The position numbers and the translations under genes were made by a program. Shown here piece by piece: positions 49,301-63,000 of a stretch of 64,000 nucleotides of DNA. The number at the start of each line of letters is the position of its first letter. The stretch's first letter is position 1. The notes under the pieces were generated by a model. It saw nothing but the letters and a program-made list of their open reading frames with translations. It was not told the DNA's origin and made no database searches. The stretch comes from Takakia lepidozioides (lineage: Eukaryota; Plantae; Bryophyta): contig CM060733.1 of the NCBI GenBank assembly GCA_030704615.1, forward strand, positions 50,840,001-50,904,000, given 5' to 3'.

Positions 49301-50831
49301 TCCACACTAGCGTACGTGGTTTTGGGTAAACTAGAGTACCCAAGAAGATGCAGGTGGAGGAATTGCTTCCACAAAATGGGACCTGGGATTTTGGAGGTCT
49401 AAGGGAAGAACCACCTATAGATGCCCAGGTTGCGCTGTTAACAGCTGTCTCAATGTGACCTCCAAAAAGCGATCATGCCATACAAGCTGGAGGCAGGTTA
49501 ACTTATCCTGACTCCAATCAATCTTCTTCTTCTGACAGTTTACTATTTTGATTTCAGACATCTCTAGAGATCTCTCAGAGAATCCAAAGGTTTTGAACAA
49601 CGTTTCTTTTTTAAGATGGCCCTCAACCCTTAAGATGTTGATTTTCTATGTAAGCAAAGAGCTTCGAATGTGTCCAGTTATGGAGTGATTACTCAGTTGA
49701 CATTTTAGTCGTCTCATTAACATGTCCATGCAGCATTTCCGTTACCAAGACAAGAATGACATCTACTCCTATGTGTACCTGGATATGGGAAACTCCCACC
49801 TTCAGCGAAAAAATTATATGGCCGCCAAGCAGATTTTCCTCAAGCTTTGTTCCATAGGTCCCACAACCAGCTCATGGCTAGGGGCTGGTATTGCCTTCTT
49901 CAGAATGGGGGACTTCAAGCACGCTGAAATCGCGCTTGTAGAAGGCAACCACATCGACAGCAAGAATCAGAAGGTGTGGGCTTACCTCGCTCTGACCTGT
50001 CTTGCAATGGACCGTTCTGACGAGGCTGAGATAGCTTTCCAGCAGATGCAGAAGACAGAGCTGACAAATGTGCCATTACTTCTCGAGATTGCCGATGCCT
50101 TTGCCAAGCTCGGAAATTACAGGTGAACACTCCTATACACCTATTAGAATCAATTCATTCCATGCATTTCTTTTCTCCCTGCATTTGTGAATGAATACGA
50201 CCCCTCTGTCCAGCTTCCGGTAGGCAGGATGTAGGCATCAAGAGACGAAGAAATGTCCTTGGTTTTTGGAATAGTCCCCGCTCTAGATACTAATGCTTCC
50301 GGAGCTGGCTGTGAGGTTCCAAGCCACCTCCACTTATGTGACTTTCCAGATATCCCCAATGCCCCACGCACAGCCACCCAACAATCCGGCAAGAGGAATC
50401 GACTGTTTTGGAATGTACCGAGTGATAACAAGTACGAGCAGAACTTTCTTCATTGAAGGAGGGACTCACAGCACGAAAAAGGCAGAAGTGGGTGGATCCA
50501 TATGTAGCGTAAGATTTTCACTTACAAATGTGAAGTGTCATCGACAGCTTTTTAATATAGCTTTCCCTTGAGCTGATGAAGGGATGCGGAGGCAGCAGTC
50601 ATGGAAGCTCTCAAAGAAGACGAGGGCCGTGTAAGCGCGCGTTTTAAGCTTGCCGAACTTTACTTGCACCAAGGAAAAATAGAGTGTTCCAAGATAGAAT
50701 ATGAGAAAATTCTGGGCTTGGACGACGTTAGCCCTAAGGACCAAGACCTGGCAGCTTCTAAGCTTTGTGAAGTTCAAGCTCTGGCATTCTTTGCGAATGA
50801 ACCTTCTTCAGACCGACGAGTAACCATTTGA
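43369..50831 (+). CDS. CFAP70: Cilia- and flagella-associated protein 70-like TPR protein, spliced
   Basis: 705-aa first exon; exon ~45990-46221 VVHELHRSGAWQLMRDEMKSRVLKIASEKF...LYVKLMEEIH; LRQLADEYE; FHQDRLL...WFEYGCFCMR; KAEECFREAI; PTTSSWLGAGIAFFR...LVEGNHIDSKNQKVWAYLAL. Confidence 0.85.
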
Positions 50832-51352
50832 TCAGTATCTGCAGGCAACTGTACATAGAATCCCCACTTCATTTCTGCATTTCATCCCAACTTTTGTAGA
50901 TTCTTAGTACCTCATGAGCCCCATTTTTGAAGCAGAACTTTGAGTAGAATGCACCATTCCCCCTCATTCCTCAGCTCGCAGTAACACCCAAAGAGTATGT
51001 CTTTTCCGGAACTACAGTGGCAGAGATCATGCTCTTGCAAACTTCGAGTTCAGATGCATCCCACAGTGATAAGTTTGAGGACGAAGACGAAAGAATCTTC
51101 TTATTGTTTATTTTTATTCAATAAATTAAGCTAAGTGCAGTGTTGGCTGGTGCCACGCAAGACCTAAACGAATAATAATGTAATAACAAGGCGGGTCTGT
51201 CAACACGACGGGTTTTCTGATTACACACGGGATCAGGTTTCTCCATCGCGCATTTCTCGAAGATCGTTCCTGCTGTTGTGTGGTGGATTGTGTGTGGGGG
51301 TGAGATTGTGCTGTGGAGAATCGTGGTTGACGTTGCGACTGACTGAGTCAAG

Positions 51353-54300
51353 ATGCCACGGAACTTCCCACAAGACCCTGCAGCGATTGAGAATGGCTAC
51401 GACTATGATCTCTTTGTGATTGGGGCGGGCAGTGGAGGAGTGCGAGCTTCGAGGACTTCGGCTGGATTTGGGGCGAAGGCAAGTTAATGAATGAGTGATT
51501 TGCATGGAAGAGGTTCTTTTGGGAAGGAAGGAAACATGTAATTTTTATTAGTTTCTTCGTTTGTTGTGATCAAAGGCTTTTCCTGTAAGTTTGTTTTTGT
51601 TATGTTGAAATGGAGGCTGACATAGTTCGCGCGGGAGTGGGAAGTTTTCTACCAGAGATAGAATACGGTTACAATACTAGTGTTTGGATAGATGGTCTTC
51701 ACCGCACCTCCTTGGATCGGTTTATGTCACATACTTAATCCATAATCATGCTAAATTCGGGTACAGTTGTATTGGTTGTTGCTTTGTTTCAAGTATTGGG
51801 CTTGGAAAGCAAGTGTTGAGCTCACACTTGCATAATCGTCGTGAGGGCTCTGCTGGTTTGGAGTCGTTGGGGAATATTGGATGTTCGATGACATGAAGCC
51901 TCTTATTGATTTTGATGTATGGGTCGGCCACAGGCAGATACTCCGCACGTTTGCCAATATGTTGGCTTGAAATTTATGAACATTAGGCTGACTTAGCCTG
52001 AGCGAGGTCTCTGATTTTTTGTACACCTCTTATCCAACGGAGCTCCCAAAATTTTCATTTACCAGAGAACTTTCCCTGCATTCAGTCTTGCAGTGAATGC
52101 TGCATTCTGGACTGGATTTCATACAGTGCTAGACTTGTCAGGTTCTTGAACATGCTGGCTAAGGGCAGTTATGACCAATTGTGTTCTATTCTCCACATAT
52201 CAACAGACAAATTTTGTGTGGGCAGGTGGCAGTGTGCGAGTTGGTGTACAATCCTGTCAGCTCGGATAGTGAGGGAGGCATTGGTGGGACGTAAGTGAAA
52301 CATTACATCTTGGGTTTGGGTCTCAGTAATGGGCTTTTGATTGTGTGGAAAGAATGAGATAGTTTCACCACCTCCTTAAAATATGTTTTTTTTATGAAAC
52401 TTCTTTGACCAAATATAGTACTGTAGTCAGTGAATAGCATGATATGTGGGGGTGTTTTTTGTACTACGTATCAAATATTTGTAGAGGTAAAGATGTTTTC
52501 GTGATGTTTTGAGGTCGTTGCCCAGTTGTGAAGTGGTCTCTTGTTTTGACATTTGTCTGTATGTCTCAACTTCTGATTGTAATCTGCTGCTTTAGTAGGA
52601 AGGACTGGGGGTTGCTGGCTGCTCCTGTTTCCAAGGTCTGTAGTAAAAGATAAACTGGCGTTTTTATCCCAAGACATACAGATCTGTTTCAGGTCTTGTA
52701 TGTAAGTGTGATGCTGTTATTGCAGAGTTGTTGAGTTCGAACGATGAGAGGCAACCCTTAGAATGTCAAATTTGTATGAGTTAAAAATGTCACATTGTTG
52801 ACAATGTATACATCCCAGATTGTGAAGCAACCCCTTTCATTCGTTACTTGTAGATGCCTATGAAGTTGATTTTGAACTCCGTTGACCTTGACTTGTGTAG
52901 GTGTGTCCTACGCGGTTGTGTCCCAAAGAAAATTCTAGTCTATGGTTCTGCCTTCAGCGCCGAGTTTGAAGTGAGTTGGACTTCTTGGCACCCCTTTGCT
53001 TACATTAAGGGTGGTGAGAAAAGGATCTGTTTCAACCTAAAAGTAAAGTGTCATGATGTGTAGTGCCTGTCAAGCATGCTCTCAATCGTAAGCTTGCGAA
53101 AACAGCTAGAGTGGAGTATTGACAGCTTGATTGCTCGGCTCTTTTTTGTTTGGTGATACCAGGACGCCAAGAATTTTGGATGGGACATCCATGGTGAAAT
53201 TAAATACGACTGGAAGAAGCTTATTGCAAACAAGGTATGTGGTTTCAGAAATGGCCAGTGTTATGTGGCTGTTATTGGTGGAAATTGGGTCACAAGGTTG
53301 AATCATTCTGAGAATTCACCTTTGGGGAAACTGGGAGCATCATATCTTGTGTGATGCTAGAAATTGTTGGATCTTTTTTGAGTCTGTCTCCTGAAGTAGT
53401 GACACTTGAATATCACCTGTACTTTGCAGACAGCAGAAATAGCTCGACTGAATGGAGTGTACAAAAAGATGCTTGCGGGTTCAAAGGTCACAATGTTCGA
53501 AGGTGCTGGAAAGGTTATTGATCCTCATACAGTGGAGGTTAGGTTAACTAGTGGTGAAGCGAAGCAATTTACCACAAAACACATTCTTATTGCTACGGGC
53601 GGCCGGGCAGTATTGTTGAACATCCCGGGAAAGGTGGGTTTATTAACCTGTTCTCTTCAAATCAATCTTTTACAGTGTCTTCCCTGCGTGTGTATACCAT
53701 GTAATGTGTTGTGCATGTCCTCAGTGCTGAGTCAGATATCTTGGTAGCGATCAGATGTGTTGGCTTCAATGCTCCGCCCTTAGAATGGTGGTTAGCTGGA
53801 TGTCCCTACCTTGATTTTTTATATATGGGGTGCAGGAGTTGGGCATTACATCAGATGAGGGTCTGAGTCTGGATGAGCTCCCCAAGAAAGTGGTTGTTGT
53901 CGGTGGAGGGTATGTATCTGCTCCGTCTATGTTGGATGTGAGAAGTAAAGACTCCACAGCACACACTTATACAGTGCATGTTCTTGACAAGTGATCTCTT
54001 GTGCATTTCCTTCCATGCTTTAGTACTTGTGTTGGCTGTCACAACAGGATGCCCAAATTGTTCATAGTTAAATCAGGGAGGAAATGAAGAGCAGTCCTGT
54101 TCATTAAGTGTGGCTCCTGTGAAATGGAGAAAGGTGTTGGATGCAGCAGTTCCATCTTTTCCTATTCTGAAGCTGAATGATGGAGGGATTGATATGGTGG
54201 TGTGTGGAACAGGTACATCGCTGTAGAGTTTGCGGGTATCTATAATGGCATGGGAGCTCAGGTGGACTTGTTCTACAGGAAGCCTCTTCCTTTGACGTAA

Positions 54301-57300
54301 GTGGATAGATTGGTTTTGTATTCTGTTGCTGTACGTGTCCTTGTCTGTGTGACCAGGGTTGGAGGTGACTTGAAAAGGTCCTGTCTGTGTTGGTGAACTT
54401 CAGCTAGCAATGGTTGATCCTTCCATGCTGGAGTGGACAATGCATGGAAGGGACTCACAGGATGAATTGGTCGTTTGGATTGATTGAAGGCAACCAAGTG
54501 ACTTCTGTGCAGGGGTTTTGACGAGGAAATGAGATCTGTTGTAGCTTGCAACTTGGAGGGCCGAGGCATCAAATGTCACCCCAGTGTAAATATTACAAAG
54601 GTTGGAATGCACCTTCTTTTGCGTTGCTAGTCTTACTCGGGCATGAATCCACAAACCCAGGTTTGTTGATTGAATGAGGAGCAGGAGAGAGGATGTGTGA
54701 CCTGAGGATGTGTGACCATGGGGTTAACCTGAGGAAGCTACCGGGTTAGTTCAGCATTTAGGGTTTATGTTGGGGGTTTTATAGTGGGCTTCAGATGAAG
54801 GGATTGTCCATTTGGTTTGCTTTTAACGGAATTTATTATTTTCCCATGCCTTTCAATACTGCTGGAGATTTTTGGGCTACCCTTAGGACACCTTATTGGA
54901 CCCAAATCACACTAAAGACAACAACGCTTGATAGCCTTTTGTCCACTATCTGTCTTCTAATACTTACCTCAGGCCCTTGCACAGTGATGTTTGGTTGCAG
55001 TACTGTTGATCTTGGCTACATTAGTGGAGAAGAGGATCTTGAGACCATTGAGACCATTGCTTTTGTGGTATTATGTTCAGCTTGAAAAAGTGGAAGGTGG
55101 CATCAAGGCGTATACTGACAAAGGTGACGAATTTGTAGCAGATGCAGTCTTGTTTGCAACAGGTAAGATTTTCTTTCAGGAATTTGGGTATCCCTTGTTT
55201 TATTATGGATGCACATAATCTCATTCTCCTTAATTATATATTAGTGCTCATTCTCCTTTTGCGGATAGCATTAACAGTAGGTTGGGATTTTGGTATGAAT
55301 GCAGGCAGGAAGCCCAACACGAAGTTTCTCAATTTAGAGGCTGTTGGTGTTGAGCTTGACAAACAAGGTGCAGTCAAAGTGAGTGCCTTTGCAGAGCACT
55401 TGCACAGTTGTTATGTAAACTGACTATTTTTAGATACTTCAAAGCTCCCCTCTGGAAGCTAAAAGCCCTAACCGTGTGTCTGTGCTACCTTTAGACTAGA
55501 TTTGCTTCCATTCAGAGTCTGGAATGCCTGCACCTACAATAGACAGGAGGACTGTTGATTAATCAATGGTGGCGAGGGTTATCTACCTGATATGGTGATT
55601 GATTGCAGGTGAATGAATACTCTCAAACCAATGTGCCTAGCATCTGGGCTGTTGGTGATGTCACCAATCGCCTCAACCTCACACCTGTGGCCCTAATGGA
55701 GGGTACTTGCTTTGCTGTGAGTGCAGTCTTCCCTTGTCCTCTATTACTGTTTTTGCCCTCACAGAGTTTCGCCCTTGAGTTGTAGATATTTCCGAGGGCC
55801 TCAGAACTGCAGAGAGTTTGGTTGCAAAAGACGATCTGTGATTGTTAGGCTTGGTCATAGTAGTTTTGAGGCAAGTGCTCATTTACTGTTCTTACTTGTG
55901 CAGCGGACAGTATTTGCAGGCCAACCATCCAAGCCAGACTATCAAAATGTTGCAAGCGCAGTATTTTGGTGAGAATATTGTTTGCATTAAGCTCATATAA
56001 GTAGATTTTGTGACAGTTGCTGCATGAAAGGGTCACAAGGTTCTGATTGTGTGATGTGCGATGCAGCCAACCACCTTTGGCAGTGGTCGGACTGACAGAA
56101 GAGGGAGCTGTGGCACAAGCGAAAAACGACATTCTTGTTTATACTTCATCCTTCAATCCCATGAAGAACACTATCTCTGGGTGTGTATTATTCCCCTGCA
56201 ATCTCGATGAGGTCCTTCTCTCTCTTACTGCAGGTTTGATGCTGACTTGAGTAGGGCTCTTGGCAGTAATTGCAGTTCTGTTGGCCATTGTGTATACCTG
56301 CGTACGCCAGAGAAGGTGAATGCTTGCTGCCTCTGAATTCAACTTGACCCAGAGAAACCAGGTGTTGTTAGGTGAAAATATTAAGCTTTCGCTGCTTTAG
56401 TTTTTTAGAAATGGTTAATGATATATTTATACGTAGCTTACTGGTGCTGAAGTGGCCTGGATGTTGTCAAATATGGGCCCTCTCCTGAAAAATGTTGTGC
56501 GAGCTGGCAAGGAGAGGTGCTGATAGTGGTATCATGACATGGGTTGTGATAGACGCCAGGAGAAATCGGTGATGAAGTTAATCGTGGACTCAGCAACGGA
56601 TAAGGTGCTGGGAGCTGCAATGGTTGGCCCTGATGCTGCTGAGATTATGCAGGTAATTACTAAGCATTCTACATCCATGGGGCTGTACAATACGGTGTCC
56701 TTACACTTGCCCTGACATTGCTTGTTGAACAGGTTGATGTTAGCATGTCTTATGCTCAAAACACCTCACAGTGGGCAGGAAGATGGAGGAATTCATGTAC
56801 GTTGTTTATCAGTTGCCGGTGAAAATTGAGGCATTGCACTGCAGGGACTCGGCATAGCGCTGAAGTGTGGAGCTACAAAGGCGCAGTTTGATTCCACTGT
56901 ATGTATAAAGATCATATCTTCACTTCGATATTTGTGCTTGCATGCTGCTGTGATAGCATACTTGGATTGGTTGAAAGACTGATTGCAAGATCAGTGCATA
57001 TCAAAGCCCATTTTGTCGAAATGCACTTTGTTATTTCCATGGATCACCATGAATGGACGAAGGCCTGGGGGTATCATACATGCATACTGATTTTCAGTAT
57101 GAATACAAATTGTGAAAGCATGGCCTATCGATCCTTTAGTAGTTTGGAATGTGAAACTACAGGTGGCAGAAAAGTTACCCCAGGGATAATTGGCTTGTGG
57201 CAGCCAAGCATTCATACCGACGTTGCTGAACAAACATGGAGTTCCTGACTAGCTGTAGTACTCCACCAGTCACTGCCTACATGAATAGTTGTTTACATAT

Positions 57301-57479
57301 GCGTTAAAGTCGTGTACCTACATAAACTTGCCTATCTCTCAGATATCTGCACATGTGCCAGAGATGATGCTTGTGCGGTGACAAATGGTAATGAGCGGAT
57401 GCAGGTGGGCATTCATCCCACAGCAGCTGAAGAGTATGTGACAATGCGCACCTTGACGAGGCGTGTTTCCCCGCTCTAG
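51353..57479 (+). CDS. GR: Glutathione reductase, cytosolic type, multi-exon
   Basis: [88 protein letters not shown]; no transit peptide. Confidence 0.96.
57087..57227 (+). pseudogene. Decayed 25S/26S rRNA fragment in the last GR intron
   Basis: tgattttcagtatgaatac...gtgaaagcatggcctatcgatccttta...cagaaaagttaccccagggataattggcttgtggcagccaagcattcataccgacgttgct matches eukaryotic LSU domain V with substitutions. Confidence 0.9.
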
Positions 57480-59256
57480 GTGTGCTTCAGACCCTGTACT
57501 CCAGTCTTCGAGGGTTAGTGGGCCTACATGTTGAGAGTGTGCTCTACCTGTCAGATGTAAGCATGCTCATGCACATCACAGTGATCAGCCATGCTACCAA
57601 TGTGATTTCCTGTTGTCTACTTCAGTTATGACACACACTTATCTAAATTCGGAGGATCTGTAGCTGTTCAAGGTGTCTATTGACCTGAAAATCTTGCAGA
57701 TTCCATCCATGTACCGATATAATTTCTTCATAACTGTATGCTTTCTCACCAGTGTCTCAGAAAAATGATGATGCCACAATGAAATGTTGTGAGGAGTTCA
57801 CAGTGGACTACCAGATCTTCTGAACTTCCGAGTGACAGCTTGTGACATCTGGAGTCAAGGGATGAAGTGAACCGATAACTTTCTACAGGAAAATTAGTGT
57901 GTTGACAAGAAAGTGCTATGTGGGACAACCAGTAACATTCCTGCAAATAGGGACTTACATGTTCAGCTATTTATAGATGGCCATTGCTGAGAAGCGTCTC
58001 ATTACGGGTGTGTCTTGTATATTGAACAATTCACCTTGGGTTGCTTTTGCAGGCTCCTACACGGAAGCCAATCTACTTCAGCCTTCACAAGAAGCATGAG
58101 TTACCCGTATCCTTCACATGTGCCAATCCCTCCACATTAAAGGTGTCAGATGCCAAATGCTCACCAAGGTCAGTATCAGGATGTGAAGATTTGTTTTAAA
58201 GACACATCTGAGTAATGCAATGAGCAGTTCTCTTGATCTATAATATTTTTGCAATGATCTGTATACTTCACGCGAGAACAAATCGCATTTTGCAACAGTT
58301 GCAGGTGGTGATGATGATTATTGTTGATTTGCACAGATTTGCAAGGATTGCTAAACAAGAACTTCTTGCCAAAACATGGAATTCATCCCTGTGAATTGGG
58401 GCTGCCTGTAACATACAGAGCAGCCCTTTGCCCAACCCTGAGCAGCATTAATATTAGTCGCTGCAGGCGGGACCCGCCAGCTTCATCCCCCCTCTGACGA
58501 GCTTGCACCCATGTCTAGGAAGGGAAAAAAGAACCATGTATGGCTCTCTTGGAATCAACCCACCAACAACGGTGGACTGAAGGTATTTAAGAGAGGGGAA
58601 GTTTGAGAAATGTTCGATAAGAACAGAGAGGAACTGGATCATGGGATTCCAACTTCAGATAACATCAAATTATCTTTGGCTGTGTCCCTTCAGATTATTC
58701 TGCAATTTTGAGCACAGAGAATAGAGAAGAGAGAAGAGGGAAACTCGAAGGGGCAGATAAGTGCTTCAAATATGGAGCAAAAAGCTCATAATCAAATACA
58801 AACTCAGCTCCAAAACAAAGTCAGAGTTATGCGCTGATGCTGCCCCGGTTGTCAGTATGGAGGTCAGAGCGACTGCATACTGCATACCTTTGGGGAGAAA
58901 ACTTCACATGGTTGTGGCAACAAGAAAAACAGAGGGATCTCGGAATCATTGTCAAATCGTCTTCCTTGGCAGAAGGTGAGGGTGGAGCTCTTGCTTGGCA
59001 GGTCTCCATAGATCTGCCTACCTCTCCTCACCTCTTGCTGATCTCTCGCTCTTGTAAGTAGAAGAAGGTGAGGTGATCGAGACGACGAGTGTGTGGAGGG
59101 CCCTACTGCTGACGACGAAACAATTGATTTCGCAGTATTGCAATAATGTGGATCGTTGCAGTTCATTCATTTGTGGATGAATAATGCTGATGTTCGTAGA
59201 GGCAGGAAGAATGTCGCGAAGGGTTTGCTTGGATTGAAATGGAGGTGCGAGAGACA

Positions 59257-59301
<45 letters not shown>
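59257..59301 (+). repeat. Compound (GT)n(GA)n microsatellite
   Basis: Seen directly. Confidence 0.95.
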
Positions 59302-59304
<3 letters not shown>

Positions 59305-60075
59305 AGCAGGGTGACGTGGAGGTGGTGATTGGATGTGATTGGGAGACTGAAAGACGCCAAGTTGCGGATGACAAATGCAATGCTGGAAGGGCAGATGCGA
59401 ATGGTCAAGATGGATGATCGGAGGAGGATTTTCTTGGACAATTACTGTTTTATTCTGAACGGATAGAATGTCGGCAAGGGTGTTGAAGGTGTCTGGTTCC
59501 TGGAGGATGCTTCAGCTGCGTTGAGGCTCAGATTGTTTGGAAGGCGCATTTACGTTATGCTACAAGTGTGGGGTGTGGAGTTGCAAAGTCGGAAATAGTC
59601 AAGTGTGGAGCAGGTTAGTATGTAGCACTCAGAGAACGAATTGGGTGAGTGAGCTCCTGCGAAATCAACTGGAGGAACTGGGTTGCGCAGAGATTCGGTT
59701 ACCACCGAAGAACGGACGATCATGAGCATTGTTTGGTATGGATTTGTATCGATGTCGCTTTGCTGGAGGAACTGAGGTGCAGAATGCAAACCTCTGTAGG
59801 TGTCGCACAAAACAGAGGTGTGAATGACCTACACGCAGTTTCGAATTTATGGAAATCATGCTCGATGCCGAGCTCTGTCGGATGCCGTCTGTTTGGGGAT
59901 CTGAGCGGGGACATACAGCTCAGCGAGCACGGTAGGAGATTAAGATGCCTGGCCTATTGACACAGCTATGTCCAATAATTAGGGGTTTACTTCAAGTACC
60001 TCAGCTGGACGGTGGAGACGTTGAGCTCAGAGCTAGTTGGTATTCAGAGAGCGAGTCAGATTGATAGTAGAATGT

Positions 60076-63000
60076 ATGGCCTTGCACAGGCAAGGAAGTG
60101 GGCCGTGGCCGATCGGGGTAGATCCAGACATGAATGGGGATCACAAGGTCACAGGTTCTCAAAGACCTGCCTCAACTTCAAGGATGTACGATCATGTCAA
60201 AGGTGACCAAGGGAGTGTGAGACAGGGCAACACTTCCAGACACAATGAGCCTACCACTGTTATTGGTCGAGGTCCTTTGAAATTGGGGAAAGGAAAGAGG
60301 TTGGTGCATCCAGCCAGGGGCCGGCATTGTTCAATTGGATTCTTTGTGGTTCTCCTTCTACTTGTAGTCCTCATCACTATTTTCGGCAGCGAGACCATCA
60401 GCCATGTTCGGAGAGGTCAGTCCTCTATGTTCGCGTCTGCCCTGTATGTTAAGCGGCTTGTGTGGCTGCCTTATGTGTATCCAAATCTGTCTATGACAAG
60501 TGCAGGACATTTGAGGCTGCTGTCTGCCAATTGCTTGGTGTCTTTTGGAGAATTGCAAACGCACCGTACCTCTCTATTGTGCAATAAAAGGTCACTCCTA
60601 TATTATGTTGCTTGATTCCTTGACAATTGTTGGATGCAGTCATTTTCAATGCTGCTCTCCCACAAGTTGCATCCCTCTCCATTCTTGACAATGCACAGAT
60701 TAGAGGAAAAATTGAAAGGCATGAGGATATTTGATCAATGAGTGTTCCACTGCATTGGCTATTCATAACATCTTTCTTGTTGTTTGTGAAACAGGTGAAA
60801 AGGGTTCTTCTCATTTGGACAGCTTTTTTGGCAACCTGGTATTTTGGCATATTATTTCCTCTTCTGGGTTTGTTTGGTATTTGTTTGGTACCACATATGT
60901 TAGTTGCATTCCTGTGCATCACTCATAATTCAGGGGCACTGTCTCTTAGTCTAGGCTTTTCCCTTTATGTCATTAGTACTATAATTAATGCCTTCCAAGT
61001 AGGAAGGTAGATGAGGTTAGGGACTGCAACACCAGGCACACGTCTCTGTGGGGTGCCACTGCCAGCTTGCTCCTACTTTACAACAAGTAGCATCTTACAC
61101 AGTTTTGCAATGGCGATATGGCAGGATAATCATCTCCGCCATCCCAAACACAATGCCAATGGGCAACATGGAGACTTCTTAGGGCATGGCCAATTGCGAG
61201 GTATTTCTTATCATGTCTTCTAGACACGATTTGCTGCCAGTGTTTGGCTAGTCTCTCGCTTATCCCTCACTTCTTATTCCTTTTCCTCTTGCAAGTGTCT
61301 GCTTGCAGGTCCATATGTTTGCTAGCAACCAAGGGCAGCAATGTTGTTGACATATGGTTTGGGTCTGCCTGTGGTTGTATTGGGGGTGGTCTATATGGGC
61401 AGTATTTTCTCCTTGTCCAGCCTGGTAATTGTGAATTTGTTGTGGGAGGATGTGAACATCTCTGTGTAAAATTCAACCTGACCATAGAAGTTTTAGCAGT
61501 CTGCTTCTGCATCTCTGTCCACCCCAACCTTTCCTTCTTAGTTTGTATTCACTTCCCCTTCCCATCCCAAACTTTTGACAGAGACGAGCATGCTGTGGCT
61601 GGCACAGGATTTGATGACAAAGAAGACAAGCTGCTCAGAGTTTCCAGAGATTGGGATAGGGATGACAGCAAACAAGAACATGTCCCAGATAGAAAAATTG
61701 AAGATGGAGTGGAGCTGGATGTGAACTTAGATAGGACTAGTGGAGATTCCACCCAAAGCAAGGAATTGTCAAACCATGAATCACTGAAAAGAGAGCAGAG
61801 TGCAGGCTTGTACAATGAGCGTGGCCGCAATGAACTGCTTGAATATGAAGCCCGATTTGAGCAGCAACGACTCCTGGAGAAGAATGGCCAGCAGGATAGA
61901 TCCTATGATGGGAATGTGAATAGAATAGAGACGGATGGTCTGGGTATTGAGTCAGACAAGGCGGAGTCTTACGACGACGAGTACGATGATGATGGTGGAG
62001 AGGAGGATGTCACAGAGTCAGATGAGGCCACTGCTCGTGTGCACCATCAATCTGGGGTGGAGGAAACTGAGGAGCACCAGGGGAAGAACAGTGGATTTGG
62101 TAATGACAGTGAGGAACTACAAAGCACTGAAACAGATTTGTCAAGGCATAGCGGGAGTATGGACCCCAATGATGCAAGTGTTCATACTTCGGGTGGCCAC
62201 TCCTTGGTTACAGGTGTTGGCATAAATGTTCCAGTAGGTAATGGGAAGGGTATATCTGGAGTTCAGCTTGGTGGGGATGCTAGTGGTGCCCAAGGTAAGG
62301 AGAGGAAGGGGGATGTTGATTTGCAGATGGAGAAGCATGAGACTCAGCAAGTGGTGGACCCAAAAACCAAGGGGAAAAAGAAATCAAAACATAGTTCTGG
62401 TAGGCGCAAAGTTGTGCACCCCAGTCTCATCCTTGCTGTCTGCAGTTCTGCTTGAAATGGTTGCATAGACTGTCCTGATGCAAAGCTGCCAGCAACTTAA
62501 TTTAGTGCTAGAGGTTACCTTAATCTGTTTGTTCCTACACATTCTCATGTTCATTCAATGTTCTTTCAGAGGTAGAAGCTCAACCAATTATGCATTTGTC
62601 TGGTGCCTGATGGTGTCTTGCTGGTGGGTATCATGAAGCCGCTCCTTGCGATATAAACTTTCGGAGTACAACAGAAGGGCTTGAAGAACCTGAGGACACC
62701 TCAAAGTTTGCAGCTTTCTCATTGAACTACATTCAGAGAGAGGAAAGACCTGAGGGAAATACAGAGTGGGAACCACGGTTTGCTGGCCACCAAACACTTG
62801 AGGACAGAGAAGACTCATTTCATGCAAGAAACCAAACTCTACACTGTGGGTTTGTTCAGTCTCCACAAGGATATGCTGGGACTGGTTTTGAGTTGAATGA
62901 TAGTGACTCCGAGTACCTCAGAACATGTCACATTGCAGTCTCTTCCTGCATCTTTGGAAACTGGGATCATATTCGATCTCCCCCCAGCAAAAAGGTAAAT

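Noticed and set aside
57000-57086. Extension of the rRNA fragment as 18S-like sequence
   Set aside because: Resemblance too weak to judge by eye.
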